From contig JBJTQF010000129.1 of assembly GCA_046075485.1 (NCBI GenBank), forward strand, positions 1,824 to 65,823: a stretch of 64,000 bases of DNA, in the 5' to 3' direction. The DNA is from Myxococcota bacterium. GTDB lineage: Bacteria > Myxococcota_A > UBA796 > JAJRTE01 > JBJTQF01. Below, piece by piece: positions 1 to 10,430 of this stretch. The translations under genes were made by a program, and so were the position numbers. A model generated the notes under the pieces. It did not search any database. It had not been told where the DNA came from and was given only the letters and a program-made list of their open reading frames with translations. Within the stretch, counting starts at the first letter, position 1. Every line of letters begins with the position of its first letter.

Positions 1-447
1 CGAGCCTTTGGAGAGATCCCGCTCGCCTGCCCCAGCACCCTTCTGGAGGGGATTGCCTTCCTCGTCCAGCGCCACCTCCGGCTGATAGCTGCCACCTTCC
101 TCTTGATGCGTGCTCCAGAGCGTCTGCTGCTGAGCCCGTCGCATCTCTTTCAGACGCGCTTGAGCGTCCGCATACTCAGGCGCACTGGTGGGCACAAGCT
201 GAAGCTCACGCAAGATCTTATCATAGGTGGAATCGGTCGGAGAGAGGGTCTTGCCGTCTTTGGTGGCATCCGCCTCGAGCTGGCGCGCCAACGCCATATG
301 ATCGACCACCGGAGCCGGGGCACCTTGTTCACACCCCATCAGAAACAAGGACCACAGCAGCCCGTGGAGCAGGGCCCCTCGCCATACCTGTTGAGCCCGC
401 CCACGCGGTGTGCGTGACGCCGTTCTTGGCTGAAAAAGGGCCTGCAT
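1..447 (-). CDS. Putative lipoprotein, partial (3' end lies beyond the window start)
   Basis: Manual translation of the reverse strand from an ATG (complement of 445-447) gives MQALFQPRTASRTPRGRAQQVWRGALLHGLLWSLFLMGCEQG... A positively charged n-region and hydrophobic core are followed by a lipobox-like LMGC. The frame stays open to position 1. It is not in the ORF track because it has no stop inside the window. Confidence 0.45.
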   Translation of the reverse strand, partial: MQALFQPRTASRTPRGRAQQVWRGALLHGLLWSLFLMGCEQGAPAPVVDHMALARQLEADATKDGKTLSPTDSTYDKILRELQLVPTSAPEYADAQARLKEMRRAQQQTLWSTHQEEGGSYQPEVALDEEGNPLQKGAGAGERDLSKGS

Positions 448-573
448 AGAGCCTCCACCCGAACAAGTCCGCCGCTGCCGGAGCACCATTTGACACCCAC
501 TCCCCGCTTCACAGAGGGCCTCCGCAGTCGCCTTTCCCTGCTCGGTACGCGATATCATCCGTGCGCACATGGT

Positions 574-1728
574 TCAGTGCGCAAAATAGTTGGCCTTGTC
601 TTTAAACTGAGGATCGTGATCGTCGGTGCGGACCAAGTCGGCCATACTCGCCTGAGCCGACGACGCGCCGGTGTTTTCGTGAATACCCAACACCCGCGCT
701 CGATAGCGTGGCCGGAAATAGTTCACCGAACCGTCCACCGTCTGAAGATCGTCTGAGGGCGGGTAGATCGGATTTTGCGGCACAAAGGAACCCCCTTCGT
801 TGTTATTGTCGGGGTTTTGTGTTCCGATATTGCCCTCGAAAGGTTTGGCCGCCGCATATCCATAGAGCATGTCTGAGGCACTCGACGAGCTGGCATCAGC
901 CCCAAAATAAGAGCCGCCGCGCGTGGCGATGTCGAGGAAGTTCTTCATCGGCACCCCCTTGAGCTTCACCGGATAATAGACCATCCCAGTGTCGAGCTTA
1001 TACACCCACGTATCCATCGACTGCGTATACTGCTGCGGATAGTCGCAGCAACCATCACAACAACGGCAGCTTCGCAGGAAGTTATAACCCACCATCGTGC
1101 CCGTCACCCGCTCCAGATCCACCAGCGTATTGCCGTTGGTGGGGGAGGATGGATTGTCTGAGAAGTTATAAAAGCTCCCCGTCGGCGGATTGGGCAGATA
1201 GTTGTCTCCGTCCTCATCTCCTTGAGGGGGGTCGAGGAAGTTGCGGCCTGCCGTATATCGTGCGGCCTTGTCCGCTAGGGCGGGAACGGTGTTGTTGTAG
1301 TAGACGATCTGCTGATAAATGGAGTCAAAACGCCGCTGATAGACGTTGATGACCTCATTGGCGTCAGGAGAATAATCCAGACAGGAGCACTGAGGCTGGC
1401 TCCAATAGAAGACCGGAGACTCATCCGGGTTGTCGCTGACGATGTAGCTGGGACCATAATTGAGGACCGCACGCAAATTCTGAACCTGACGATAAATCTC
1501 GTTGTTGAGATCGGCCATCTTGTTCATGCCAGCGGCTTGCACATTGGCCCCGGCCACCGCGCTGAGGTCCGCACTGGTCTGCATGCGGATGCGATCATTG
1601 ACCAAGATCCCGGAGTTGACGGCCAAGGCCAAAAACAGCACCATCGTGAACAGACCAAGCGCCGAAAAAACGGCGGCCTGCCCTCGCTGGCCTTCTCGCG
1701 TGCGCACACTCAGATGACTCTGGTTCAT
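574..1728 (-). CDS. TadE/TadG-like (Flp pilus assembly pseudopilin-like) membrane-anchored protein
   Basis: ORF 574..1890 trimmed to the internal start MNQSHLSVRTREGQRGQAAVFSALGLFTMVLFLALAV. The RGQAAV motif followed by a TM helix is the TadE/TadG N-terminal signature. The rest is Asn/Asp/Tyr-rich and Cys-rich (CRCCDGCCD). Confidence 0.5.
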   Translation of the reverse strand: MNQSHLSVRTREGQRGQAAVFSALGLFTMVLFLALAVNSGILVNDRIRMQTSADLSAVAGANVQAAGMNKMADLNNEIYRQVQNLRAVLNYGPSYIVSDNPDESPVFYWSQPQCSCLDYSPDANEVINVYQRRFDSIYQQIVYYNNTVPALADKAARYTAGRNFLDPPQGDEDGDNYLPNPPTGSFYNFSDNPSSPTNGNTLVDLERVTGTMVGYNFLRSCRCCDGCCDYPQQYTQSMDTWVYKLDTGMVYYPVKLKGVPMKNFLDIATRGGSYFGADASSSSASDMLYGYAAAKPFEGNIGTQNPDNNNEGGSFVPQNPIYPPSDDLQTVDGSVNYFRPRYRARVLGIHENTGASSAQASMADLVRTDDHDPQFKDKANYFAH

Positions 1729-1787
1729 GGGATCCTCTCTTCCGCCGCTCCCGCTGTGTCGAAGCGTCTGGCTACGGGAAGTGCGCC

Positions 1788-1830
1788 CCTCAGTGAGCCT
1801 CTCAGTGAGCCCCTCAGTGAGCCTCTCAGA
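1788..1830. repeat. Tandem 12-bp direct repeat (cctcagtgagcc, about 3.5 copies) in the 5' leader of the Tad-like gene
   Basis: Seen directly in the sequence. It translates as TEGLTERLTEG in the upstream extension of ORF 574..1890. Confidence 0.7.
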
Positions 1831-2478
1831 GGCCCCGACGCTATGTCGGAATGGACTTTCACTATAGGGGCGAACACTTCCCTCTGTCAATGGCAGAACT
1901 TTTGAATTAACAAGCAGAATTCATGCCACACGCGACATGCCGCAGAACCTTTACTCGCATGCTGCTAACCATCTGCCTCCATGAAGGATTTAAGCTGCCG
2001 CACCTGCCCAGTATGCCACAGACTGGGACACGCATGAGACAGCTTGCGCAGGTCTGGGAGATCCATGTCCCACCCACACAGATCTCATCGCTCAAAATGT
2101 CGCAGCGCCACCCTCCGAAGTGTCGCCCGTAAGCGCTTATTCCCCCTCGCCGCTGGCACGGATAGGCAGCCTCGAGACTCCCTCGCGCGCACGCGATGCA
2201 CCTCGGCGATGACCGACCCCGTCACCACAGCCACGCCGTGACCACGCCGTGACCTCCGCTCGCACGCGCAGCCCCTCCTCTGCGTCACCGCTTTTGAACC
2301 TCCCACACCGGCTTTTGCCCTTTACCGACCCCTCGCCCCATCCTATACTCAATACAGTCGTCATGACCCGTCGAGATGCACGAGGACATGCTCTTCAGAC
2401 ATCTTCCCAAAAGATGCCGCTCTTGGTCCTCATGCCTCTGACCCATCTCTTGTATGGTGCGCTCACGGAGGATCTTGC

Positions 2479-4527
2479 ATGGGAACCGGCACTCAGATCA
2501 TCGATTTTATCAAGAGTAAGCAGGACGTCCAAGCGTTCAAAGACCTCCACTGGGAGGGATCTTTTGACGAATACTTGGACATTGTGAAGCAGAATCCCGG
2601 GGTGACCCGTTCCGCCTATCAGCGCCTGTATGATATGATCATCTCTTTTGGAACCGAAGAGTATCAAGAGTACAAACGCACCATCATACGATACAAGTTT
2701 TTTGATGATCCTCTCGATCATGGCAAGGATGGAGTCTTTGGCATCGATATCCATCTGATGAAGCTGGTCAATGTACTCAAAGCCGCCGCCGAAGGTTATG
2801 GCGCAGATCGCCGCGTGATCCTGTTGCATGGCCCCGTGGGCTCCGCCAAATCCACCATTGTACGCCTGATCAAAAAAGGGATTGAGCACTACTCTCGTAC
2901 CCCCGAAGGCGCACTCTATAGCTTTAGCTGGGATGAGACACCCCTCGGCGGAGCAGGTTGGCTGCCCTCTCCCATGAACGAAGAGCCCCTGCTGCTGGTC
3001 CCCCTGGAGCTGCGGAGCGCCGTCGAAGAAGAGCTCAACCGTGGCACCTTTGCACGTTATCCCCTCAAGATTCGAGGGGAGCTCTCCCCCGTCAGTCGCT
3101 TCATGTATCGAGAGCTGCTCAAAAAGGTAGACGGTGACTGGGGCACCATGCTCAAGCACATCAAAGTGAGACGACTGGTGCTCTCCGAGAAGGATCGGAT
3201 TGGCATCGGCACCTTCCAACCCAAAGACGAAAAAAATCAAGACTCCACCGAGCTGACCGGTGACATCAACTATCGAAAGATCGCCGAATACGGCTCCGAC
3301 TCCGACCCACGCGCCTTCAACTTTGATGGAGAGTTTTGCATCGCAAACCGTGGGGTGATCGAGTTTATCGAGATTCTAAAGCTCGACGTGGCCTTTTTGT
3401 ATGATCTGCTGGGTGCATCTCAAGAGCACAAGATCAAGCCCAAGAAGTTCGCTCAGACCGATATCGATGAGGTGATCATCGGTCATACCAATGAGCCAGA
3501 ATACCGTCGCCTTCAGAATAACGAGTTTATGGAGGCCCTGCGCGACCGTACCATCAAGATCGATGTGCCGTATATTACCCGCGCCAGCATGGAAGTGAAG
3601 ATCTATCAAAAGGACTTCAATGGACAGCGAGTCAAAAAACACATCGCCCCTCACACCCTCCAGATGGCCGCAATGTGGGCCGTGCTCACCCGCTTGGAAG
3701 ATCCCAAAAAGGCCACCCTCACCCTGCTGCAAAAGCTCAAGCTCTACGACGGCAAAACCTTGCCCGGCTTCACCGAGGACAATATCAAAGAGCTGCGCAA
3801 AGAGGCCATCCGCGAAGGACTGGAAGGCATCTCTCCTCGATATGTGCAAGATAAGATCTCCAACGCACTGGTGCGAGAAGAGTATGCCAGCATCAACCCC
3901 TTCATGGTACTCAATGAGCTGGAGAGTGGCCTCAAGAATCACTCGCTGATCTCCAATGAGGAGGTCAAAAAGCGTTATAAAGAGCTGCTGGCGGTGGTCA
4001 AAAAGGAGTACGAAGACATCGTGAAAAACGAGGTCCAAAAGGCCATCGTCGCCGACGAAGACGCCATCAGCCGCCTCTTCCAGAACTACATCGAAAACGT
4101 CAAAGCCTATACCCAGAAAGAGCGGGTGCGCAACCGCTTCACCGGCCAAAACGAGGAGCCCAATGAGCAGCTCATGCGCTCCATCGAAGAAAAAATCGAC
4201 ATCCCCGCCGCTCGAAAAGATGATTTCCGCCGTGAAGTCATGAACTATATCGGCGCACTGCTCATGGAAGGCAAAACCTTCGACTATCGCAGCAACGAGC
4301 GACTCTACAAGGCACTCGAACGGAAGCTCTTTGAAGATCAGAAGGACTCCATCAAGCTCACCAGCTTGGTCTCCAATGTGGTCGACAAAGAAACCCAAGC
4401 CAAGATCGACATCGTAAAACAACGACTGATCAAGCAGTATGGCTATAACGATGAGAGTGCAACAGATGTGCTCAACTTTGTGGCCAGCATCTTCGCGCGC
4501 GGAGACGCGCGCGGAGACGCACGCTGA
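2479..4527 (+). CDS. prkA: PrkA-family serine protein kinase (AAA+ ATPase domain)
   Basis: 682 aa. Walker [13 protein letters not shown]. Global similarity to PrkA/YeaG (N-terminal AAA domain plus PrkA C-terminal domain). First gene of a conserved prkA-yeaH-spoVR arrangement. Confidence 0.85.
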   Translation: MGTGTQIIDFIKSKQDVQAFKDLHWEGSFDEYLDIVKQNPGVTRSAYQRLYDMIISFGTEEYQEYKRTIIRYKFFDDPLDHGKDGVFGIDIHLMKLVNVLKAAAEGYGADRRVILLHGPVGSAKSTIVRLIKKGIEHYSRTPEGALYSFSWDETPLGGAGWLPSPMNEEPLLLVPLELRSAVEEELNRGTFARYPLKIRGELSPVSRFMYRELLKKVDGDWGTMLKHIKVRRLVLSEKDRIGIGTFQPKDEKNQDSTELTGDINYRKIAEYGSDSDPRAFNFDGEFCIANRGVIEFIEILKLDVAFLYDLLGASQEHKIKPKKFAQTDIDEVIIGHTNEPEYRRLQNNEFMEALRDRTIKIDVPYITRASMEVKIYQKDFNGQRVKKHIAPHTLQMAAMWAVLTRLEDPKKATLTLLQKLKLYDGKTLPGFTEDNIKELRKEAIREGLEGISPRYVQDKISNALVREEYASINPFMVLNELESGLKNHSLISNEEVKKRYKELLAVVKKEYEDIVKNEVQKAIVADEDAISRLFQNYIENVKAYTQKERVRNRFTGQNEEPNEQLMRSIEEKIDIPAARKDDFRREVMNYIGALLMEGKTFDYRSNERLYKALERKLFEDQKDSIKLTSLVSNVVDKETQAKIDIVKQRLIKQYGYNDESATDVLNFVASIFARGDARGDAR

Positions 4528-4560
4528 GGCGCACACTGAGGCGCACACTGAGGCGCGCAG
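4495..4560. repeat. Two adjacent short tandem repeats: cgcgcggagacg x2 (encoding the [11 protein letters not shown]-terminus of PrkA) and ctgaggcgcaca x3 just after the stop
   Basis: Direct repeats seen in the sequence at the 3' end of prkA. Confidence 0.7.
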
Positions 4561-4640
4561 GCGCGTGCGTGAGCGGACACACATCCCCTCACGAGCGCGT
4601 ACAGTCGCAGGCGTAGAGGGAACGGTCATCGGGAGGTGCT

Positions 4641-5750
4641 GTGGCGCTGGACATTGAAACCGATATCAATCGTTTCAAACATATTGTGCGTGGAAAGATC
4701 CGAAAGGATCTCAAAAAATACATGAGTCAAGGAGAGATGATCGGACGGAAAGGCCGTCAGTTGGTCTCTATTCCTTTGCCTCAGATCGAGATTCCACGCT
4801 TTAAGTTTGGAAGCCGAAACCAGGGTGGCATCGGTCAGGGTGAAGGTCAGCCCGGCACCCCCATCGGAGACGACGGAGAGCAGCAGCCCGGACAAGGAAA
4901 AGCCGGAGAAGCCCCCGGTGAACACCTGCTCGAGGTCGAGCTGACCCTCGAAGAGCTGGCCGCCATCATGGGCGAAGAGCTCAAGCTCCCCCGCATCAAA
5001 CCCAAAGGCCAAAAGCAGATCGAGACCGAAAAAGACCGCTATGTGGGCATCTCTCGCACCGGCCCCGAGAGCCTGCGGCACTTCAAACATACCTATCGCC
5101 AAGCACTCCGGCGCCAGATCTCCACCGGGAGCTATCAGCCGGATAATCCCATCATCATTCCCATCAAAGAAGACAAACGCTATCGAAGCTGGCGCACCAA
5201 ACCCAAACCACAATCCAATGCGGTCATCATTTATATGATGGATGTCTCCGGCTCGATGGGAGAAGCTCAAAAGGAGATCGTGCGCACCACCGCATTCTGG
5301 CTGGATACGTGGCTCGCCAGTCAATATAAGGGCCTCGAGACCCGCTACATTATCCACGATGCCGCCGCAAAAGAGGTGGATAAGGATACCTTCTTCCGCA
5401 CCAAAGAATCAGGTGGGACGCTGATCTCTTCTGCGTATAAGCTGTGCAAACAGATCATCGTCAATGATTATGATGTGGAAGCCTGGAATATCTACCCCTT
5501 CCACTTCTCGGACGGAGACAACTGGTCCGGCACCGACACACGCGAGTGCTTGGCATTGCTCGATCAGTTCTTCTTTCCAACCTGCAATGTCTTCTGCTAC
5601 GGTCAAGTCGAGAGTGAATATGGCAGTGGTCAGTTTCTCCGCGATCTGAAGGAACACTATGCCACCCACGAGCAGCTCCTGACCGCCAAGATCGATGACC
5701 GGGATGACATCTATAATGCCATCAAGACCTTTCTCGGCAAAGGGAAGTGA
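4641..5750 (+). CDS. YeaH/YhbH-like DUF444 protein (vWA-like C-terminus)
   Basis: GTG start with a GGGAGG RBS. The N-terminus ([20 protein letters not shown]) resembles YeaH. C-terminal [13 protein letters not shown] is a vWA MIDAS-like motif. It lies between prkA and spoVR as in the conserved operon. Confidence 0.75.
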   Translation: MALDIETDINRFKHIVRGKIRKDLKKYMSQGEMIGRKGRQLVSIPLPQIEIPRFKFGSRNQGGIGQGEGQPGTPIGDDGEQQPGQGKAGEAPGEHLLEVELTLEELAAIMGEELKLPRIKPKGQKQIETEKDRYVGISRTGPESLRHFKHTYRQALRRQISTGSYQPDNPIIIPIKEDKRYRSWRTKPKPQSNAVIIYMMDVSGSMGEAQKEIVRTTAFWLDTWLASQYKGLETRYIIHDAAAKEVDKDTFFRTKESGGTLISSAYKLCKQIIVNDYDVEAWNIYPFHFSDGDNWSGTDTRECLALLDQFFFPTCNVFCYGQVESEYGSGQFLRDLKEHYATHEQLLTAKIDDRDDIYNAIKTFLGKGK

Positions 5751-5761
5751 GGACGCCGACC

Positions 5762-7387
5762 ATGAGCACTGAATCCGCTGAGCAGTCCCACACCAGCACC
5801 GACACCCACTCCAACTCCCCCGTGGAGACACCTCCCTCTTCTCTGCTGGTCTTGGGCAATGATAAAGACCATAGCCTGCCCCCGGAAATCCGCGAGCTCG
5901 TCGATGAGATCAAAGGATATGCCGATGAGTTTGGCCTCGATACCTTCCCCACCCTCTTTGAGATGCTCGACTACGATGAGATCAATATGGTGGCGGCACG
6001 AGGCGGATTTCCCACCCGCTATCCCCACTGGCGCTTCGGCATGGCGTATGAAGAGCTCTCCAAAGGCTATGAGTACGGCTTGCAGAAGATCTATGAGATG
6101 GTGATCAATAATAATCCTTGTTACGCCTATCTGTTAAAATGTAATGCACTCATCGATCAGAAGATGGTGATCGCGCATGTGTATGGGCACTGTGACTTCT
6201 TCAAGAATAATATGTGGTTCTCCCATACCAATCGAAAAATGCTCGATCAGATGGCCAATCATGCCACCCGAGTACGCCGCTACATCGAACGTTTTGGCGC
6301 GGATCGAGTCGAAGCCTTCATCGACACCTGCTTGAGTGTGGAAAATCTCATCGACTACCATGCACCCTATATCAGACGGCGGGTTGATCCCGACGCCCGC
6401 GCACGGACAGAGCACGATGAGGGCCAAGCCGGAGGGGGGGATGGCATCGACGGGGTATATAAGCTCCGCTCCGACCGGCGTTATATGGATACGTACATCA
6501 ACCCCCCGGAGTTTATCGCCTCTCAGCGCGAGAAGCTCAAAGCGGAAGCCGAAAAAGTCCGCCGCTTTCCCGAAGATCCCGAAAAAGATGTCCTGCTCTT
6601 TCTGCTCGAGAACGCCCCGCTCGAGCACTGGGAGCGAGAAGTCCTCCAGATTGTGCGCGACGAAGCGTACTATTTTGCGCCACAAGGCATGACCAAGATC
6701 ATGAATGAAGGTTGGGCCAGCTACTGGCACACCACCATCATGACTCAACGCGCGATGAAGGACTCTGAAGTCATCGACTACGCCGATCACCACTCCGGAA
6801 CCGTGGCCATGAACCCCGGCAGTCTCAACCCCTATAAGGTGGGCATCGAGCTCTTCCGCGACATCGAAGAGCGATGGAACCGAGGTCAGTTCGGGGTCGA
6901 GTGGGATGAGTGTCACGATCTTGAGGCCAAACGCCGCTGGAATCGACAGCTCGGCCTCGGTCGCCAGAAGATCTTTGAGGTGCGCCGCATCTACAACGAT
7001 GTACAGTTTTTGGACGCCTTCTTGACCGAAGATTTTTGCCACCAGCACAAGCTCTTTGTGTACGACTATGACCAACGTGCCGGAAAATATGTGATCTCCA
7101 GCCGCAAGTTCGCGGATGTCAAACGCCGCATGTTGAGCATGATGACCAACTTCGGCAACCCACGCATCGCCGTGACGGATGGAAACCATAACAACCGAGG
7201 AGAGCTCTATCTTCAACACGAACACGATGGGGTGGACCTCAAGGTGGATTATGCCATCGACACCCTGCGCAACCTGGTGGCCCTCTGGCGTCGTCCGTGT
7301 TTCCTCGAGACCATCGTGGAAGGCCGACGGGTGGTCATGAGCCACGACGGAAAAGAGTTCAAAAGTGTACCTTACGCAAAAAAATAG
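5762..7387 (+). CDS. SpoVR/YcgB-family protein
   Basis: ATG at 5762 with a GAGG RBS; ORF 5747..7387 trimmed. Length and conserved blocks (YAYLLKCNALIDQKMVIAHVYGHCDFFKNN, EGWASYWHTTIM) are typical of SpoVR. Third gene of the prkA operon. Confidence 0.8.
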   Translation: MSTESAEQSHTSTDTHSNSPVETPPSSLLVLGNDKDHSLPPEIRELVDEIKGYADEFGLDTFPTLFEMLDYDEINMVAARGGFPTRYPHWRFGMAYEELSKGYEYGLQKIYEMVINNNPCYAYLLKCNALIDQKMVIAHVYGHCDFFKNNMWFSHTNRKMLDQMANHATRVRRYIERFGADRVEAFIDTCLSVENLIDYHAPYIRRRVDPDARARTEHDEGQAGGGDGIDGVYKLRSDRRYMDTYINPPEFIASQREKLKAEAEKVRRFPEDPEKDVLLFLLENAPLEHWEREVLQIVRDEAYYFAPQGMTKIMNEGWASYWHTTIMTQRAMKDSEVIDYADHHSGTVAMNPGSLNPYKVGIELFRDIEERWNRGQFGVEWDECHDLEAKRRWNRQLGLGRQKIFEVRRIYNDVQFLDAFLTEDFCHQHKLFVYDYDQRAGKYVISSRKFADVKRRMLSMMTNFGNPRIAVTDGNHNNRGELYLQHEHDGVDLKVDYAIDTLRNLVALWRRPCFLETIVEGRRVVMSHDGKEFKSVPYAKK

Positions 7388-7518
7388 AGTCCCCCCGATT
7401 ATTTTTCTGCCTTAAGCCTCCTTTAAGCGGGCCCGGTTATGCTGAGGTCATCACATCAGCGGACCACAAGGTTTCGTGTGGAACCTCAGCGGAACGCCAC
7501 GCTCAAGGAGAATCTTTT

Positions 7519-8115
7519 ATGGAGACGTTACCCCTTCATCCCGCCATTGTCCATCTGCCCCTCGCCCTGTCCCTGCTGGTGCCACTGCTGGCGTTCGGGG
7601 TGGCGCTGTCCATCTGGCGCGGCTGGCTGCCAGAAAAAACCTACGGTGCCGTGATGATCGCGCTGGCGCTGATGGCTGCCTCGGCAGGTGCTGCCATGAA
7701 AAGCGGCGAACAAGAAGAAGAAACCGTCGAACGTGTGGTCTCAGAAAGGGCGCTCGAGCACCACGAAGCACTGGCTGAACGTTTTATGTTTTCGTCGGTG
7801 GGACTGCTGATGGTGTCGCTGGCCGGATTTGCCCTCGGCAGCGGACGACGAGGTCTGGCCAGTGCAGGGGTGGGGGTGCTCTCGCTGGGAGTCGCAGCCC
7901 TCGCGCTGGACGCCGGACACGCCGGAGGTGAGCTGGTCTACAAACACGGGGCTGCCAATGCGTATCTCTCGAGCCGCACGAATGCGGGAGCCGCCACAAA
8001 CGCTGAGGCTGGCGCAAACGCTGAGGCTAGCGCACACGCTGAGGCTGGCGCAGGGATGCCCTCCGTGGATGCCGCTGGGTCTAAAAAACACGAGCATGAC
8101 GAGGATGATCACTGA
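7519..8115 (+). CDS. DUF2231-like small membrane protein with an Ala/Glu-rich repeat tail
   Basis: ATG at 7519 preceded by AAGGAG. Hydrophobic helices (LPLALSLLVPLLAFGVALSIW; MIALALMAASAGA; LLMVSLAGFALG). Tail NAEAGANAEASAHAEAGAG is encoded by a 3 x 18-bp tandem repeat at 7999-8052. Stop overlaps the start of the response regulator. Confidence 0.5.
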   Translation: METLPLHPAIVHLPLALSLLVPLLAFGVALSIWRGWLPEKTYGAVMIALALMAASAGAAMKSGEQEEETVERVVSERALEHHEALAERFMFSSVGLLMVSLAGFALGSGRRGLASAGVGVLSLGVAALALDAGHAGGELVYKHGAANAYLSSRTNAGAATNAEAGANAEASAHAEAGAGMPSVDAAGSKKHEHDEDDH

Positions 8116-8786
8116 TGCGCATTCTGCTGGTGGAAGACGACCCGCTGTTGGGTGATGGCATCCGCACGGGGCTCACGCAAGCGGGTTACGCGGTGGATTG
8201 GGTGCGAGATGGGGTTGAGGCTCAGCTCGCCCTCAAGACCGAGACCTATGCCGGGGTGGTGCTGGACTTAGGTTTGCCTCGCCGCTCGGGGCTGGAGGTG
8301 TTGGCGGAGCTGCGGGCTCGAGGGCTCACCGTTCCCGTGTTGATCTTAACCGCTCGAGACACCACCGCAGACAAGGTGAAGGGGCTCGATGCCGGTGCCG
8401 ATGACTATCTCATCAAGCCGTTTGAGCTCGATGAGCTGCTGGCGCGGCTTCGAGCGCTGCTTCGCCGGAGCTTTGGGCGGACTCAGCCGGTACTTCGGTG
8501 GGGGGAAGTGACCCTGGATCCAGCTTCGCACACGGTCTCACGCGCGGGGGTGCGGGTGGAGCTCTCGCCTCGCGAGTTCAGCGTGCTTCAGCAGCTCCTG
8601 GAGCAGCAGGGGCGCGTGCTCTCCAAAGCGCAGCTCGAGGAGGGGCTCTATGCCTGGGACTCGGAGGGTGTGGAGAGTAATGCCATTGAGGTCTACGTTC
8701 ATCATCTCCGCAAGAAGCTGGGGGCCGAGCTGATCGTGATGCTGAGGGGTGTGGGGTATCTGGTGCCTCGCCGGGAGGACGTTTGA
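8115..8786 (+). CDS. OmpR/PhoB-family response regulator (receiver + winged-helix)
   Basis: MRILLVEDDPLLGDGI, phospho-acceptor region VVLDLGLP, LTARD...DDYLIKPF, and a C-terminal trans_reg_C-like domain. ATGA overlap with the downstream histidine kinase. Confidence 0.85.
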   Translation: MRILLVEDDPLLGDGIRTGLTQAGYAVDWVRDGVEAQLALKTETYAGVVLDLGLPRRSGLEVLAELRARGLTVPVLILTARDTTADKVKGLDAGADDYLIKPFELDELLARLRALLRRSFGRTQPVLRWGEVTLDPASHTVSRAGVRVELSPREFSVLQQLLEQQGRVLSKAQLEEGLYAWDSEGVESNAIEVYVHHLRKKLGAELIVMLRGVGYLVPRREDV

Positions 8787-10292
8787 TGTCGGTGCCTTGT
8801 CATCCTCCCCGTTGGAGGGGTGCTTATCCTCCGCTCTTGGCTCGGGTGATGCGGGGTGCGTCGATTCGTCGGCGTCTCTTGGTGCTGCTCCTGGTGGCGA
8901 TGGGGCTGACCTGGGGGCTGGGCGCGTTCTGGAGCTTCCGCGATGCGCGTCATGAGCTCGATGAGCTCTTCGATGCGGAGCTGGTGCAGAGTGTGCGGCT
9001 CCTGGCCCAATGGCAGGGGCTCGGCGACGAAACAATGGAGCCTCGTTCACCGCCACTGCCGGATGATGCGCTCCCGGAGCTCCCCCCGGATGAGCCAGAA
9101 GTGCTGCTGGCTCCGCGAGGTGCTGATTCGGTGAGCAACTCGGCGGAGGGGCTGCTGTATCATCCGTATCAGCGGAAGGTGGCGTTTCAGCTCTGGAGCA
9201 TGGACGGGCGATTGCTTCAGCGTTCTTCTGCGGAGGTGCCGACGACGCCATTTTCTCGGCGTGCGCGTGGTTTTGATGTGCAGCGCCTGGAGGGGCGGCC
9301 CTGGCGGATCTTCGTGCTGGAGCTTCCCGAGCGGGGTTTGCGCATTCAGACGGCGCAGATGTTGGAGGTACGGCGAGAGCTGGCGGGGGCGATCACCGGC
9401 AATCTTTTCCTGCCACTCTTGGGGTTATTGCCGGTGCTGGCGCTGCTGATCTGGGGGGGGGTGAGTGTGGGACTGCTTCCGCTGGCGCGGCTTGGGGTTG
9501 AGCTGGGGCAGCGTTCGCCTTCTCATCTGGAGCCGCTGGCGACGGAGCCGCTGCCGATGGAGCTTCAGCCGGTGGTACAGGCGCTGAATGGGCTGCTGGC
9601 GAGGCTGGAGCAGGCACTCACGCTGGAGCGTCAGTTTACGGCGGATGCGGCGCACGAGCTGCGGACACCGCTGGCGGCGCTGAAGACGCAGGCGCAGGTG
9701 GCGCTGAGGGCTTCGACGGTGGAGGGGCAGCGGCTGGGGCTGGAGCAGGTGCTGGTCGGGGTGGATCGCATGACGCATTTGGTCGAGCAGCTCCTGTTTC
9801 TTGCTCGACTGGATCCGGCGGGGCAGCCATCGCGGGTTCGGGTGGACTTGAGACCGCTGGTGATCTCGGTGCTGGCGGAGCTGGGGCCGATGGCGGTTCA
9901 TAAGGGGGTGGAGCTGGGGCTCGAGGAGGGGGTGAGTCCTTCGGTCTGGGGGGAGCCGGTGTTGCTGCGGGTGGTGGTGCGCAACGTGGTAGACAATGCG
10001 ATTCGGTATACGCCGAGTGGGGGGGGCGGTGTCGGTGCAGCTTCTGGTGTCGGCTGAGGCTGTGCTGCTGGAGGTGGAGGACACGGGGCCGGGGATTCCT
10101 CTGGAGGAGCGTGAGCGGGTGCTGGACCGTTTCTATCGGGTGTTGGGGTCGGGGATGGAGGGCTCCGGGCTGGGGCTGGCGATTGTGAGCCGGATTGTGG
10201 GCTTGCTGGGGGCCAAGCTCGAGCTGCTGGAGGGACGTTCGGGCCGAGGGTTGCGGGTGTTGGTGCATTTTCCGATCAAGCTGGAGACGTAA
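8786..10292 (+). CDS. Sensor histidine kinase (HisKA + HATPase_c), reading frame broken at a G8 tract (10019-10026)
   Basis: TM helices, H-box AAHELRTPLAALKTQAQ in ORF 8783..10057; the HATPase_c part (N-box, G-boxes DTGPGIP, GSGLGLAIV) continues in ORF 9996..10292 in another frame. Joined at the homopolymer. Either a sequencing indel or a real pseudogene/phase variant. Confidence 0.6.
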
Positions 10293-10299
10293 CGGGAGC

Positions 10300-10430
10300 T
10301 GAAGTCTCGTGTGTGCGGATGCGTGGGTGCGTGCGGATGCGTGTGTGCGGGTGGGTGCGTGTGGGTGGGTGCGTGTGGGTGGGTGCGTGCGAGTGCGTGC
10401 GGATGCGTGTGTGCGGATGCGTGGGTTTTA
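10300..10430. repeat. GT-rich imperfect microsatellite-like tandem repeat (units approx gtgcgtg(g/c)g(g/a)tgc; runs of gggtg) in the convergent intergenic region
   Basis: Seen in the sequence. Lies between the histidine kinase stop and the M23 peptidase stop. Both overlapping ORFs are low-complexity (His/Pro/Thr-rich) artefacts. Confidence 0.7.

Noticed and set aside
2140-2170. Sigma-54-like tggcacggataggcag upstream of prkA
   Set aside because: The GC of the -12 element is displaced by one position relative to the consensus, so it is not convincing.
3376-4629. 417-aa minus-strand ORF (and similar long antisense ORFs 6134..7345, 22082..23476, 9425..10268, 10915..11571, 16396..16872, 36283..37311, 56314..57597)
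   Set aside because: Each is antisense to a strongly supported gene with recognisable motifs. They are open only because of high GC and lack motifs or start contexts.
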